Assembly: GCA_036172245.1 (NCBI GenBank)
Contig: JAYWIR010000003.1
Location: 6,076,001-6,140,000, forward strand
DNA length: 64,000 nucleotides
Direction: 5' to 3'
Source of the DNA: Raillietiella orientalis
Taxonomy: Eukaryota
Of the stretch, positions 42,601 to 53,900 are shown piece by piece (within the stretch, counting starts at the first letter, position 1; every line of letters starts with the position of its first letter). Both the position numbers and the translations under genes were made by a program. The notes beneath the pieces are model-generated. The model ran no database searches. It saw nothing but the letters and a program-made list of their open reading frames with translations, and was not told where the DNA came from.

Positions 42601-45600
42601 ATGAATGTGTGCGTGGTGTTTGGCAGCGATGACCTATCCGATGTCACGAGTCCGGAATTTAATTTCACACGTGGCAAACTTTTGGGGACTTTTGGCAATT
42701 TCTTTTTAGCAGATAAAGGAGATTGTTATAACAATCCTCCGTACGGAGATGTGCCTTTCTCCACCCCCACTCCTCAGCCTGCTTCGCATCCAAGAGGCTT
42801 TTATAGTCAAGAATTTTCCCCCCTGCCCAGGGTCGGACAAGGTAAGGATTTTCCCACGTAAACTCACATCGCTTTCGCGTATTTCCAGAAGCATCCTTGG
42901 AGAGAAAAGACACCGATACCCCCGATACGATCGTCAGCATGTCATCTCCGGAGTGCGTTGGAACCGAAACAAATTCTTGCTACAAAGGTCAGGAATCATT
43001 TCAGTCATCGTCGGTTAGCTCTTGCCTTCAGGTCTTCGGTTGATTCGTGACGACAGTGAAGATGAACGATCAGCAGGTTCGCGGCTGTGTTCGAGTCCGG
43101 TAGTGCCATTGCTTGCTCCTGTGCCAGTGCGCATTAAGGGCTGCCTTCCCATTCCGAAATCGGAAGAACAGGTATGATAGCGCAGCGTGCCTAAGATGGG
43201 GAGGAACACGTCAAAACGAATTCTGGGTTTCAGAATAAAGAAAATCTGGGAGCAGGAATTTACATGAACAGAAAGGCGAAGCCTATCAACCAGTCTCCGC
43301 TCGTCCCTTTGAAGGATTCTGGGAATATAGCAGTTACCCTCACTCTGACGTCGCAAGCTGCGGAGGACATGATGGGGGTGCTGACAAGATTGGCTAGTGT
43401 TCTCAAAGTAACACCCCCCGCGAGCTACAAAGTCATCGAGCGCACGTCGACTCCTCCTAGTCAGAAGCTGGGATTGTACCGCCAGCTGGAGGGGAAAGAC
43501 ACCGGTTAGCCGGATTGTACCTTTTAGATCGCGCCACTCGTTTTTTTACCTACCTGTTCCTAGATTTGCAGAGCATCCTCAAAGGGCCAGCGCGGTATTG
43601 CCGTCACTGCGACATGCTGGTTCTTGCGACGGGCATAACGAAGAAGGCGTCGGAGCTTCCCTTTCTCGACGTGAAGCTCGTGGACGAACACGAACTGCCA
43701 TTTTGCAGCCATCACTGTTACCTGCAGTTTGCTCTCACTCATCGTTCAGTGATCGAGGAGAAGGTGGTGGGATGCTATGCGCTCTGATGTTTTCACAGCC
43801 CGTTTGCGATCCTTAGGAAGCAGCAGCCGTAATAGAACATGTTAGTGATATCTTCCGTTCGATCCGGCCGAAACTCAAACGCGAAATAAAAGCCCCCGCG
43901 GAAGGAGTCAAATCCGAACCCGTAGAATCACCGACGGCCAAAGTTCCTCGGCCAGCCGCCTACCGGTTTTGGAACAAGAGCATTCTTCCCGCAAAGAAGT
44001 ACAGACGCCCGACGGAAAACGAGATGACGGATATGCTGTATCGCATGGCGATCTGCCTGACCCCAGCCCGCGCGAGCACCGACACGCGCCAGTGCCTCTT
44101 CTGCGGGGTCCAAGGAGATGGTGTGACGGATGGGCCCGCCAGGTCTGTACGCCGTTTCCAAGGCTTCCTAGTTCATTTCCCTCCAGGCTGCTCAACTATG
44201 ATGTGGACAAGTGGGTGCATCTGAACTGTGTTCTTTGGGCCGAGGATGTGTACGAAACCACAAACGGGGCCTTAGTGAACGTGGAGGTGGCCCTGCGAAA
44301 AAGTGTTCAGCTGACGTGCGTCATATGTGAACGTACAGGTGCAGCAGTGCGGTGCTTCAAGCTGCGTTGCTCGAATGCATATCATTTGAATTGTGCAATC
44401 AAAGGAGGATGTGTGTTTTACAGAAACAAATCAGTGTACTGTCCCCAACACGCGCTCAAGGGGGAGAAAGAGAACGAACTGAACACGTTGGCAGTTTTCC
44501 GCCGCGTCTACGTCGAAAGAGACGAAGCGCGCCAATTAGCAGCTCTTATGCGGCACCATCATGCAGACCAAAGTCGCTTGCTGCGCGTAGGAAGCCTCGT
44601 GTTCTTATCGGCAGGACGTTTGCTTCCCCACCAGTTGTTGGCTTTCCACACCCCGGATCACATTTACCCCATCGGTTACCGAACACTCCGCATGTTCTGG
44701 AGCATGCGGCAACTCAATAAACGCTGCCAGTACGAATGCTCCATCGTGGACGCGCAAGGACGACCAGAGTTCCGTATCCTGGTGCGCGAGCCCCCCCACG
44801 AAGATGTCGTGATCGTGGGATCGACGCCGGGCAATGCTTGGCGGCAGATTCTCGAACCGATAGAACAGCTCCGAAGGAACGCGCAGATGGTGCGCATGTT
44901 TCCCAAGCACTTAAGAGGTGAACAACTTTTCGGTCTTACTGAACCATATGTTGTCCGTATTCTTGAAAGTCTTCCCGGTGTAGATTCTTTGCCGGATTAT
45001 AGATTTCTGTATGGACGCAATCCCCTGTTAGAACCTCCTCCAGCTGCCAATCCCTCTGGCTGCGCTCGTGCGGAATCGAAATTACGCAATACCCATTTCA
45101 AGCGACCACTAACATGCCAGCGAAGTTCTAGTGTGAGTGGACTAGTCCCCTTTGGCCGTCCATCTCTTTCGCTTCCCTTTTGGGAGTGGAACAGCGGGAC
45201 TTACGGAAAGCAACTAGTCACATCGAAGTCTTCTCAGTACAAGAAAATGAGACAGGAATGGCGGCACAACGTGTACTTGGCCCGATCGAAAATCCAAGGC
45301 TTGGGTCTGTACGCGGCCCGTGACCTCGAGCGCCACACGATGGTCATCGAATACATCGGCGAAACGATACGTTCCGAAGTGGCCGAACTCAGGGAGAAGC
45401 GTTACGAGGCACAGGTGAGGATATGCCGCCGCCTTTCCCTCAGCAGCCCTCCTCTCAACGTGTTTCGAATCAGAACCGTGGCGTTTACATGTTTCGCCTG
45501 GACGACGACCGCGTCATCGACGCGACGCAGTGCGGAGGATTGGCGCGGTACATCAACCACTCTTGCAGCCCCAACTGCGTGACGGAGACCGTGGAAGTGG

Positions 45601-45802
45601 ATCGCGATCTGAAGATCATCATCTTCGCGAAGCGCCGCATCTCGCGTGGTGAGGAGGTAGGAACGTGTGGGCCTGGGAGCTGACGTCACTGATGCCTGTT
45701 CAATTCAAGCTTTCTTATGATTATAAATTTGACATCGAGGATGACCAACATAAAATACCGTGCCTTTGTGGTGCACCGAATTGTCGAAAGTGGATGAATT
45801 GA
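21675..45802 (+). CDS. KMT2C: Histone H3K4 methyltransferase KMT2C/D (MLL3/4; trithorax-related with the Lpt-like N-terminal half); multi-exon gene
   Basis: Exons join in phase from 21675-22134, 25560-25746 and 25983-26204 into [22 protein letters not shown] (26688). These are followed by a PHD finger cluster, an HMG box, PPPPY and LxxLL motifs ([13 protein letters not shown]), a second ePHD, FYRN/FYRC, the Win motif GCARAE, SET (LARYINHSC) and post-SET ([13 protein letters not shown], stop 45800-45802). The start codon and the low-complexity middle exons are less certain than the domain exons. KMT2C versus KMT2D is not resolvable for an invertebrate single ortholog. Confidence 0.93.
26688..29400 (+). 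other. KMT2C/D N-terminal ePHD + PHD finger cluster (Lpt-like region)
   Basis: [123 protein letters not shown] and [12 protein letters not shown]. Confidence 0.93.
30946..31226 (+). other. KMT2C/D HMG box
   Basis: [69 protein letters not shown], across a 43-nt intron (31059-31101). Confidence 0.88.
44081..45802 (+). other. KMT2C/D C-terminal ePHD-FYRN-FYRC-Win-SET-postSET module. Exons: ...-44142, 44187-45414, 45474-45656, 45710-45802
   Basis: [102 protein letters not shown]. Confidence 0.96.
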
Positions 45803-45984
45803 CACTGGTGCAATACTATTTGTTGATGGCCATTTTATATTCTTGTTTCAGAATTTATGTCTAGTTTTTACAAATGATGTTTGAGATAAATCCAAAGATT
45901 TATTCTGAGCACGCTTTCTTCGCGCATATATTTATTTCTACTAAAAAAGAAAGTTATATTTGAAGAGCCTGACATTATTCCTTT

Positions 45985-46007
45985 CTCTCTCTCTCTCTCT
46001 CTCTCTC
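45985..46007. repeat. (CT)11 microsatellite at the AT-to-GC step
   Basis: A run of CT units separating the AT-rich KMT2C 3' flank from the GC-rich region. Confidence 0.9.
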
Positions 46008-49000
46008 CTGCGGGATTTTCGGTCCTGTTGGGGAGAGAGGGGAGCGAACTTCAGCCACCACGTGCTTGTCTCCTCGGGGGCTAGCTGTGTGTGCTCTCCC
46101 TGTGATGCTCGGGGCAGGCGGCAGCGTGACCCGGTCTTCCCGTGACCCGGTCGGAAGCGAGGATGGCAACGTGTGGACAGAGTCCAAGCGAGCGTGGACT
46201 CGGAAGAGGAGCACGAGTCTCCGAACCTCCCGGTTGCGTTGCCGAGAGCAACCAGGGGCAGGGCGGCATCCCCGTAGATTCCCTCGTCGTTTCCATGTGT
46301 CTTGGCGCCATGCACCGGAAACATCGATTGCGAAAGCTTGGGGACCGGGGAAGCTGGAAGCTGACGTTCACCCCCTCTCCCGGAAACAGATCCCTCTCGT
46401 GTTTTCTTTTTCTTGTGCCCTTTCCGGCGTAGTGTTCCATGCCGGTGTGCGACCCGGTGCCATCGCTGTTACGATGGTTGCCGGCTGACCTGTGCATTTC
46501 CACCGGGTTCTTTAGTGCCTTAGGCGTCGTCGTGTTTGTCCCCCGAGTGTGCCTTCCCACAACTGTTTCCCCCGAGTCGTGGGATGAATGTGAGGAACGG
46601 ATGATTCGATCGCCGTTTCTCTCGGCAGGTAAATTTGGATGCGTCACGGCGCGCCTCATTTTCCACACACACCGCATTTTGTCTCTGTGTCCCGAAAAGG
46701 CCAGAGGTCAGGTCAGTTGCGGATGGATCCGCTTCCTGTAACACCCTCACAATGCGGCCCTTGTCGTGGAAGGGGTGGGCTGCTTTGCGTTGCTGCTTGG
46801 CTCGCATGCGCACTGGACGTACGCTCAGAAGCCGTGATTTCTGTAAGGGAATCCGCATCTTGACGCCTTGACGTAAAGGTCATTTTGACATTCAAAAAGC
46901 ATCCATGCTGCTGCAGACCTGCATGTCGTGGGGAATGACGGCAGTAACGGCCGTCCACCTCCAAAAGTATTCTCCATGCCCTGGGCCTTCGGTGGTGCAT
47001 ACCGACAGTGTTGCGCATGGTAGGTTGACGTGGCAGCCATCACTCGGGCCGCGCTGACGTGTTGATCTTCCGAGGGAAGAAGATCGTGGGGGCGTTCTGT
47101 CCACATGAAGCGTGTGCTCGCATGAATGACGAAGTGCTTCCGACGTGTCTCCTGCGGAGGGTTCCATCCCATCTGCCTGCTCTTAGCTGTGTCATTTGGG
47201 AGAGTGGCTGTTCATTACGTCGCCGATCACTGTGCGTGCTCGACGTCGGCGGATCGCGCGTGGGGCTCCACCCAGGCGTTGCTGGCGTTGGTACTCACAG
47301 GGTTGCTGGCGACGTGGTTTCCTCCACCCTTCTTCAGAGTTGCACGTGTGGGTGGTGGGGGGTCGAGAATCCGATCCACACCACTCGTTGCGTGCGCTCC
47401 AACCGGTGTTTACCATCTCCGGTCCACGCGACCTGCGGAGCTGCTGCGAGTTTGAAGCGGTAGCAAGTTTCGTTCGATTGGTCCTTGGAAGCTGGTTCGT
47501 CTCAGTTCCGGATCAGCATGCTGAGTTGCGCGCGTCTTTCGGCTGCTCCGGTGCCCCGTTCTTAAATTCCACCTCCACTTTCTACCCAAAAAGCCAAAAA
47601 CAAAACCCAATTGCAGAAAAGGCCCCTTGACCGTGGATTAACAAGCACTTCACTACTCAACCTGCATGATCACAGGTTGCAGCTCAAACAAATGACACAC
47701 CGTAGAACGACGGAAGACAAAGATCTTCCTCCTGATGGTGGCAGCAAATTCGTGCGAGGATACGCAGGAGAGTACAGTACGTTTCTGATTCTGGCTACTT
47801 GTCTGACAAAAATGTATTCCTCCATGCATCGAAAACATGCTTTCGCCTTCTCCCACATCCGCTTGAACTGGAACCAAAATAAAACCCCCGCTGTTCTTGT
47901 GTTTGTCAACAGAATTGGGGGGGGGGGAACGTGAAAGTTCAGCTTTGAGGTGCACCCCAGGCGCAAGATGGGGAGGAAATTTATTCTACTGCATCCTTTT
48001 CAGCCTCCCTGACTCCTGGCATCCTTCGTCACTCCGGACTCGGTTTTTTTGGAATTCTTCGTGCACGTGGTTCCGGATTTGTTTGCTTTGTCGTTCAAAG
48101 GACGCTTCGATCTGGCACGGAGGAAAGGATGCCCGGACGTCACTCGAGTTGCTTCCAGGTCAGAGGCGCCGGCGCTCGAAATGGCACCTGAGAAGGAATC
48201 TGTTGGAGCTGCTTCGGAGTTCGCTGAAGAAGGGAAAAGAAGGCGCGCGTAGTCCGCTGGTCGACGCGCTTGGGCGGGGCTGTTCGCGAAGCTGCGCTTA
48301 CCATGAGAAAACTGGAAGCAGCTGGGGAAGAGGCGCAGGGCTAGAAACTAGGAGGCGGGATGTGGGTGCCACCATGAAAGCAGTTGTCCGAAGACGTAGC
48401 TTCTTGCTGAAAGGTGCCCTTTCCCGCAGCCCCAGGATCACCGTGGCTGCGTCTCACGCAGCAGCATCGAGGGAATTTGGAAGTCACTGCGGTTGGAAGT
48501 TTCGACTCTGCGACCTTTCCCCGTTTGTTTTGCCCACGAGGGGTAGCTGGAATTCTCCCTACGAAGATCAAGTTGCATCGGGACGACCTTGCATGGGAAT
48601 TGATGCGTGACTGATGAAAGCAGCTTGAAAGGGTTCCATTTTTTGTTTCCGTGTTTTTTTTTTTTCTTCTTCTTTTTATTCCTCATAGACCGGAGGCGCT
48701 CGCCTTTCTTGCATTTATTCGTTTTGCAAGAACCTTTCGCCATCCTGGCTTTCCGCTTGCGGGAGCCGTTTTCCAGTATCCTATCTGCCTCGCCTGTTTC
48801 CCCATGTCGCGTATTCGTGGGCGATGGGGGAGACATCAACTCAGCCGCTCCTCAGCCTTGTTGTTTTTTTGTTCAGGCTCTCTTCCTCCTCCCTTGCCTT
48901 CTGAAGGCGACGGTTCTTGCCATGGCTTGCCGATCTTTGCTTGGGTCTCCACGCAGCTCCTCGCGTCCAAGGGATGGACTGCTCCCCACCTTTCTCCTTC

Positions 49001-50999
49001 TCAACCGGCACCTCCGTCTCATCCACTTGGCCTCTGCTCGCGGATCCATGCGTGGGTGAAGGACTCACCAGATTGAAGGTGCAGCTCCGACCGACGTGAA
49101 GTTTATGGATAGCGGTGAATTCAGCATTGGTGGTCTCGTGAGCACCGACGCAGACAACCAAGAGTGCCTGGCAAAGATTGAACTCAAAACAGAAACTGAG
49201 AAATAGGGATGGGAGCTGCTCGGTTCATCTTCCTGTAGTTTTTTTTTTTTTTTTTTCCTTCCTCTTCGTGCACTCCTTCAAAAAAAAAAAAAAGGTAAAT
49301 AAACACTCCAACTGGCAAAGCAGGCAGGCGAAGTGTCTACCCTCGGTCCCGATATTCAGGAGAAGCGAGACTGAGTGGACCAGCAAGCAGGAAGGCAACA
49401 GCCAGCGACGCCGATGTCAGCGGCTTCCAGCCCTCTGCAACGCAGCCTTCCGGGAAGCTGCCCGCTCGCTGCTGCTTTCCGATCGGCTCCAGCAGGGGTG
49501 TATTCCAGAGCCTTTTTTTTTCTCTTTTCCATGTTTGCTCCTCCCCCCTCCTTCCCTCTCTCCCTGCGCACCCGTTCTTTCGGCAAAGGCATTTCAACCT
49601 TCTCGTGCGAGAATGCAGGCGCTCTCGCCCGAACGGACCTTTCGGCAGGAGTGGGAGCTGTCTCCGTGGCGGCCGGAGAGTGACACGGACCTACAGAGCC
49701 GACGCCGACGCCACCCGGTGCGTTCGAGAGATGCACTTCTCCTTACCCTGGCTGCTGCTCTTTGCCTTCCAGCCCCCAGCATTGTTCTTGTCAGCGGCAG
49801 CAGGTGTGATGGGACCCTGGCTGAAGGAAGGAAAAGCCCTTCGGCGCAAGCGCTCCGGCACACCATTTTCTTTCTTTCTTTCTTTTTCTCTTCCGGTCAG
49901 CAGATCGCGTCGAATGGTCTAAGGGAGGAGCGCTTGGTTGCTGCGCAACACCTCCTGCGAGAACCTTTTGGTGGTCAGGGTGTACTAGCGGGTGGGTGAG
50001 GCACGCTGTTTTGTATGGATTTCCGTGTTTCGGGAATTCAGTTTCTTTCCACTCTCCCTGCAACCACGGTCACAAACGCCGGTGGCGTGCTTACGTGTCG
50101 TCGGCACGCTTCCGCACCTCGCGACGTGCTTGTGCGCAGATGGCGCGCTTACGTGCAGCTGGCATGGCCACGCATTCCCTGCCGAGAGATGCACGCAACT
50201 GGAGACCTACCGATGGCACGCTAGAGCACCGAAGGATGACACCACGTTACGTCACAGCAAGGAGCAAGGAAGCAGCGTCTCTTCCCGGAGGGTATCTCAT
50301 GCCCCCGCTCGGGGAAGAAGGGAGCCGTCAAATGGACAACCAGCCGGCAAGATGCGGTCGCAAACCACGTCACGGCCACTGAGGAAGGCGCTCCTCCCTT
50401 CCTGGGCTGGCCGCCGCGTCGTAGCCGGGGGGTACGATGGGTTCCGGCGACCGGATAGTCCCCGGAGAACAGGAGGCTCGTCGTTGCCATCTCCAGGACA
50501 TCTCGGCCACCGCGGACCCCTGCTGGCGGGGGAACAGGGGAAGACATCGATCCTTACGGTGGGCCCGGAGAGAGACGTGGCAGCGGTGCGGGCAGGGCAG
50601 TGGGCCGGAGTCCGGCGGAAGGAATGAGCGGGGGCACCTCCCGCTTGCCTGGGAAGATGCGTGGGTTCCTGGCCCTCTGGAAGGCCGGAAGATTGGGGCA
50701 AGCGTGCGCTACTCCCCCCCCCCCCCCCCGAAAAGGAAGAGACGAGCGGGCATCCCGAATGTCCGCGCTCCCTCTGCTGCGCCGACCCGCAGAAAGAGGG
50801 CGGAGGAGGGGGCGCCCCTTGCCTCGAGGGGGGCAGGTCGGAGGGCGGGCATTCCGCCCGTCCTCACTCACCCCTACTCCTCCACCGTAGAGTGAGAGCG
50901 GCGCTGATTCCTGAACCGGCCCCAACCCGCCTTCCAGGATCGGGAGGGAAACTAAGAGGGAGCAAGGAGGAAGGGGGCCAGGGCAGGCGTGCAGTGTAT

Positions 51000-53900
51000 T
51001 CAAAAGTCCAAGGGGCCGTCGGGGCAGTCCCTGCCGAACACCGCAAGCTTCCTCCGGGGGACTCCCCCTCCGGGGCCGGACCAGCTGCTCCTCCAGCTGT
51101 CGTAAGCCGGGGGCAGGGCCGCGTCCCGTGCAGCCCGCCGGCCCCAGGCGCGAGGGATCCTCCTGTCGAATCGACGGCTCTCGCGCTCCCAATCTGCGTC
51201 CTCCAGAAGGTCCTTCCTGTCCGGGAGGTCGTCCGGGGAGCCTCCGGCCCCGCCGCCCCCGCGGAGACGGCGGGGGCGCCTTCGGCGGCGGCCATCGTCG
51301 TCGTCCTCGGTCCCTCCTCCGCTGCCGTCCTCCTCGTCGGGCCGGGAGCGCCCGCCCTTCCTCGTCTTCCCGCTCCCGCAGACGACCTGGTAAGAAGGGA
51401 AGGTCCGTGTGTGCGCCCTCAGGACCCGCGCGCACCCCCGGCCTACCGCGACCAGCAGGAAAAGCAGAACGAAAGCCAGGGAAGCGGATCCCACGCCGAT
51501 GACCGCAAACCCCCAGTCCGGGATGGGCCGCGCCCTCGCCGGGCCGCCTCCGCGGCGGGACGACGCGTCGCGCTCCTGGAGCACTGCGATGGGTTGAAGC
51601 ACGGGGTCGCTGGGAGAAGGGGAGGTGGGAGGAGGGGAAGCTTCTCACCCACGAAGTCGGTGTAGGCAGGGTCCAGGACGTATCGCCCCAGGCGGACCTC
51701 CCCATCCGGGCGCAGCAGGTTGTGGTTGAAGTAGGCCCGCAGGTCCTGTGTGTCCACAGGCCGGTGGATGCCCCGAAAGACCACGAAGTAGTCCACCAGC
51801 ACGCTGCCCTTCCTGCGGAGGGGGGAGGGCGCGATTGGTATGGCGGCGGAAGGGGAGGGGAGGAGACTCACAGGAATCCGTCGATCTGCACCCCGGCGTA
51901 CCAGTCGGACAGGACGCTGCTGCGGTATACGGCGTCCAGCTGGGGAGGAGACGGAGGCTGGGGAGGTCCCGGGGCACCCCCGCCCCATTTCCCCACGCAC
52001 CTCCTTCTCCAGGGTTCCGGCGAGGCGCTTCCAGTGCTCTGTGTTGCGATCCAGCAGCTCCGGGCGCCACTCCTCGCCGTGGACCACCCGCAGGGTTGCC
52101 GCCAGCCGGCAGAGCTCGCGGCAGAGGCCGGGGGTGGTGGGCCGCGTGGACACCGTGGTCGCAGCGGTCGCCGGAGGGGACGGCTCGGGCCCAGGGCCCG
52201 CCCCCGACTGACGCTGCCCTTCCTCCTCCGCCACCGCCCGACCTTCCCCCGCGGGGGAAGACGAGGGTGCGCGAGGGGCCGTGGGGACCGTCGCCCAGCC
52301 GGTGAACCCGGCCCTCTTCCTGGGGGTGGGAACGACCGTGGTTGCCGCTGGCAACGCCCCATCCCGCCACCGCCTACCTGCTGAAGGGCCGGAAGCTGAT
52401 TGGGGGCGCGGGGGAGGGGGAAGAGAAGGGCCGGAGGGTGGGGTAGGGTCTGCGCTCCCGCTTCGCCCCTATCGAGAAGCGCAGCCGGGGAATGGGTGTC
52501 GTGGTCTCCGTCCCTCCGCGGGCGACTGTCTCCGCCTCCTTCCCGCCGTCCTCCGAAGGGGGAGGGGAACCACCCGGGACGGGGGCCGCGCCCTCTTCCG
52601 GGTCCTGGACCTCCTCCTGAGACGTGAACCCCGGGGGGAGGAACGCTCGAACGTCCGTCTTGGGGACCTCGGCCCACAGCCGGGAGAGGAGGTCCTGGAG
52701 GGACGCCGCCGCAGCGGCTTTCCCCCCCTCCTCCCCGGGAGGGCGGGACGTTGGTGGAGCCTCGGAGGTGTCCGCCGGTCCTTCCGAGGGGGCGGGGGAA
52801 GACCCGTTGCCCCCTTCCCCCGGGGATCCCGGGCGGTCAGTGTTGCTCACGTTGGCAGCAGGGGTCTCACGGGTCGTCGCCGCTGCCAGCAGGTTGTCGG
52901 GAGTCTCCCGAGGACCGGCCCCGAGGCTGGGCTCCTCTTCCAAGGTGCCCCGCTCGGTCGTGGTCGCGTCGGTCGCCGGGCTTGCCGAAGGTCCCGTCGT
53001 CGTCGTCGGCGCCGGTCCTGTCTCCTGTATCTCTTTGTCATTGAGGTGGCCTGGGCCGGCCGGCGGACAGCCTCCCGATCCAGGAGCACCCTCCGCGAGG
53101 GCAGCTGCCTCCGGAATGGGCTCGCAGGTGGACAGCGTGTCCGTGGGCAGTTCGTGGGGGTCCTCCGTGGGTTGTCCTCCGCTGCCCTCGGGCACCAACG
53201 GAGCGGCGGTGGAGGCGACCTCGGGCGCGACCTCAGCCTTCCTGCGGATCTTCGCGGTCGGGGGGTGAGCGATGACGCTCCGGGACGTCACCACGGAGAT
53301 GATCACTGGCGGGGGAGCGCCGGCGGGCCAGCCCTCCGGACTCTCCTCTTCGCCGAACCGCTCCGCGGCGTCCCCGCTGCTGCCAGCCTCTGCCCTCGGG
53401 AAAGGCAGAAGCAGCTCGGGAGACGGGAGGGGGCCATCTTCGGCCTCTAGGGACGGTCTCGCGGACTCAGGGGGCCCTCCAGGATGTGAAGGCTGCTCAG
53501 AAGGGGCTTCCGCGGCGATCCTACCGGGACGTCTCCTGTCCGGCTGGATGCGCCTCCCCTGCCTCTCTCCGACCCGCTGCGGCCCTTGGGGCGACTCCCC
53601 CTCCTCTTGTGACCCCGCGAGACCGCGCAGGTTTAGCAGCAACGCCCCAGGAGCAGGGGCCCTCCGGAGAGAGGGGGCATCGTCACGGATGGCCCGCGTC
53701 CCTCCAGGGGAGTTGAGCGAGGACGTCAAGCGACGAGGCCTGCCCTCCGGGCGCAGACGGACGCGCAGGGCCAACGGCAAGCTACCCGAAAGGGAGCTTC
53801 GGGAGGGCGCCGCCGTTCCGGCTACGGGACGAGCGGGCCCGAGGCGCTCCCTGCGCAGGAAGGCGAGCGGGCGCTCCTCTCCTTCCCCGCCGTTGTTCCA

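Noticed and set aside
42300..46000. Chimeric assembly or bacterial contamination as the cause of the GC shift
   Set aside because: KMT2C/D exons remain in phase through the rise, and GC oscillates gradually before the final step. A join at the (CT)n repeat cannot be formally excluded without reads.
46000..50900. Many overlapping 100-270 aa ORFs on both strands
   Set aside because: Stop codons are scarce at high GC. The ORFs show no recognisable domains, cross homopolymer runs and overlap in all frames. This is likely UTR or intergenic DNA.
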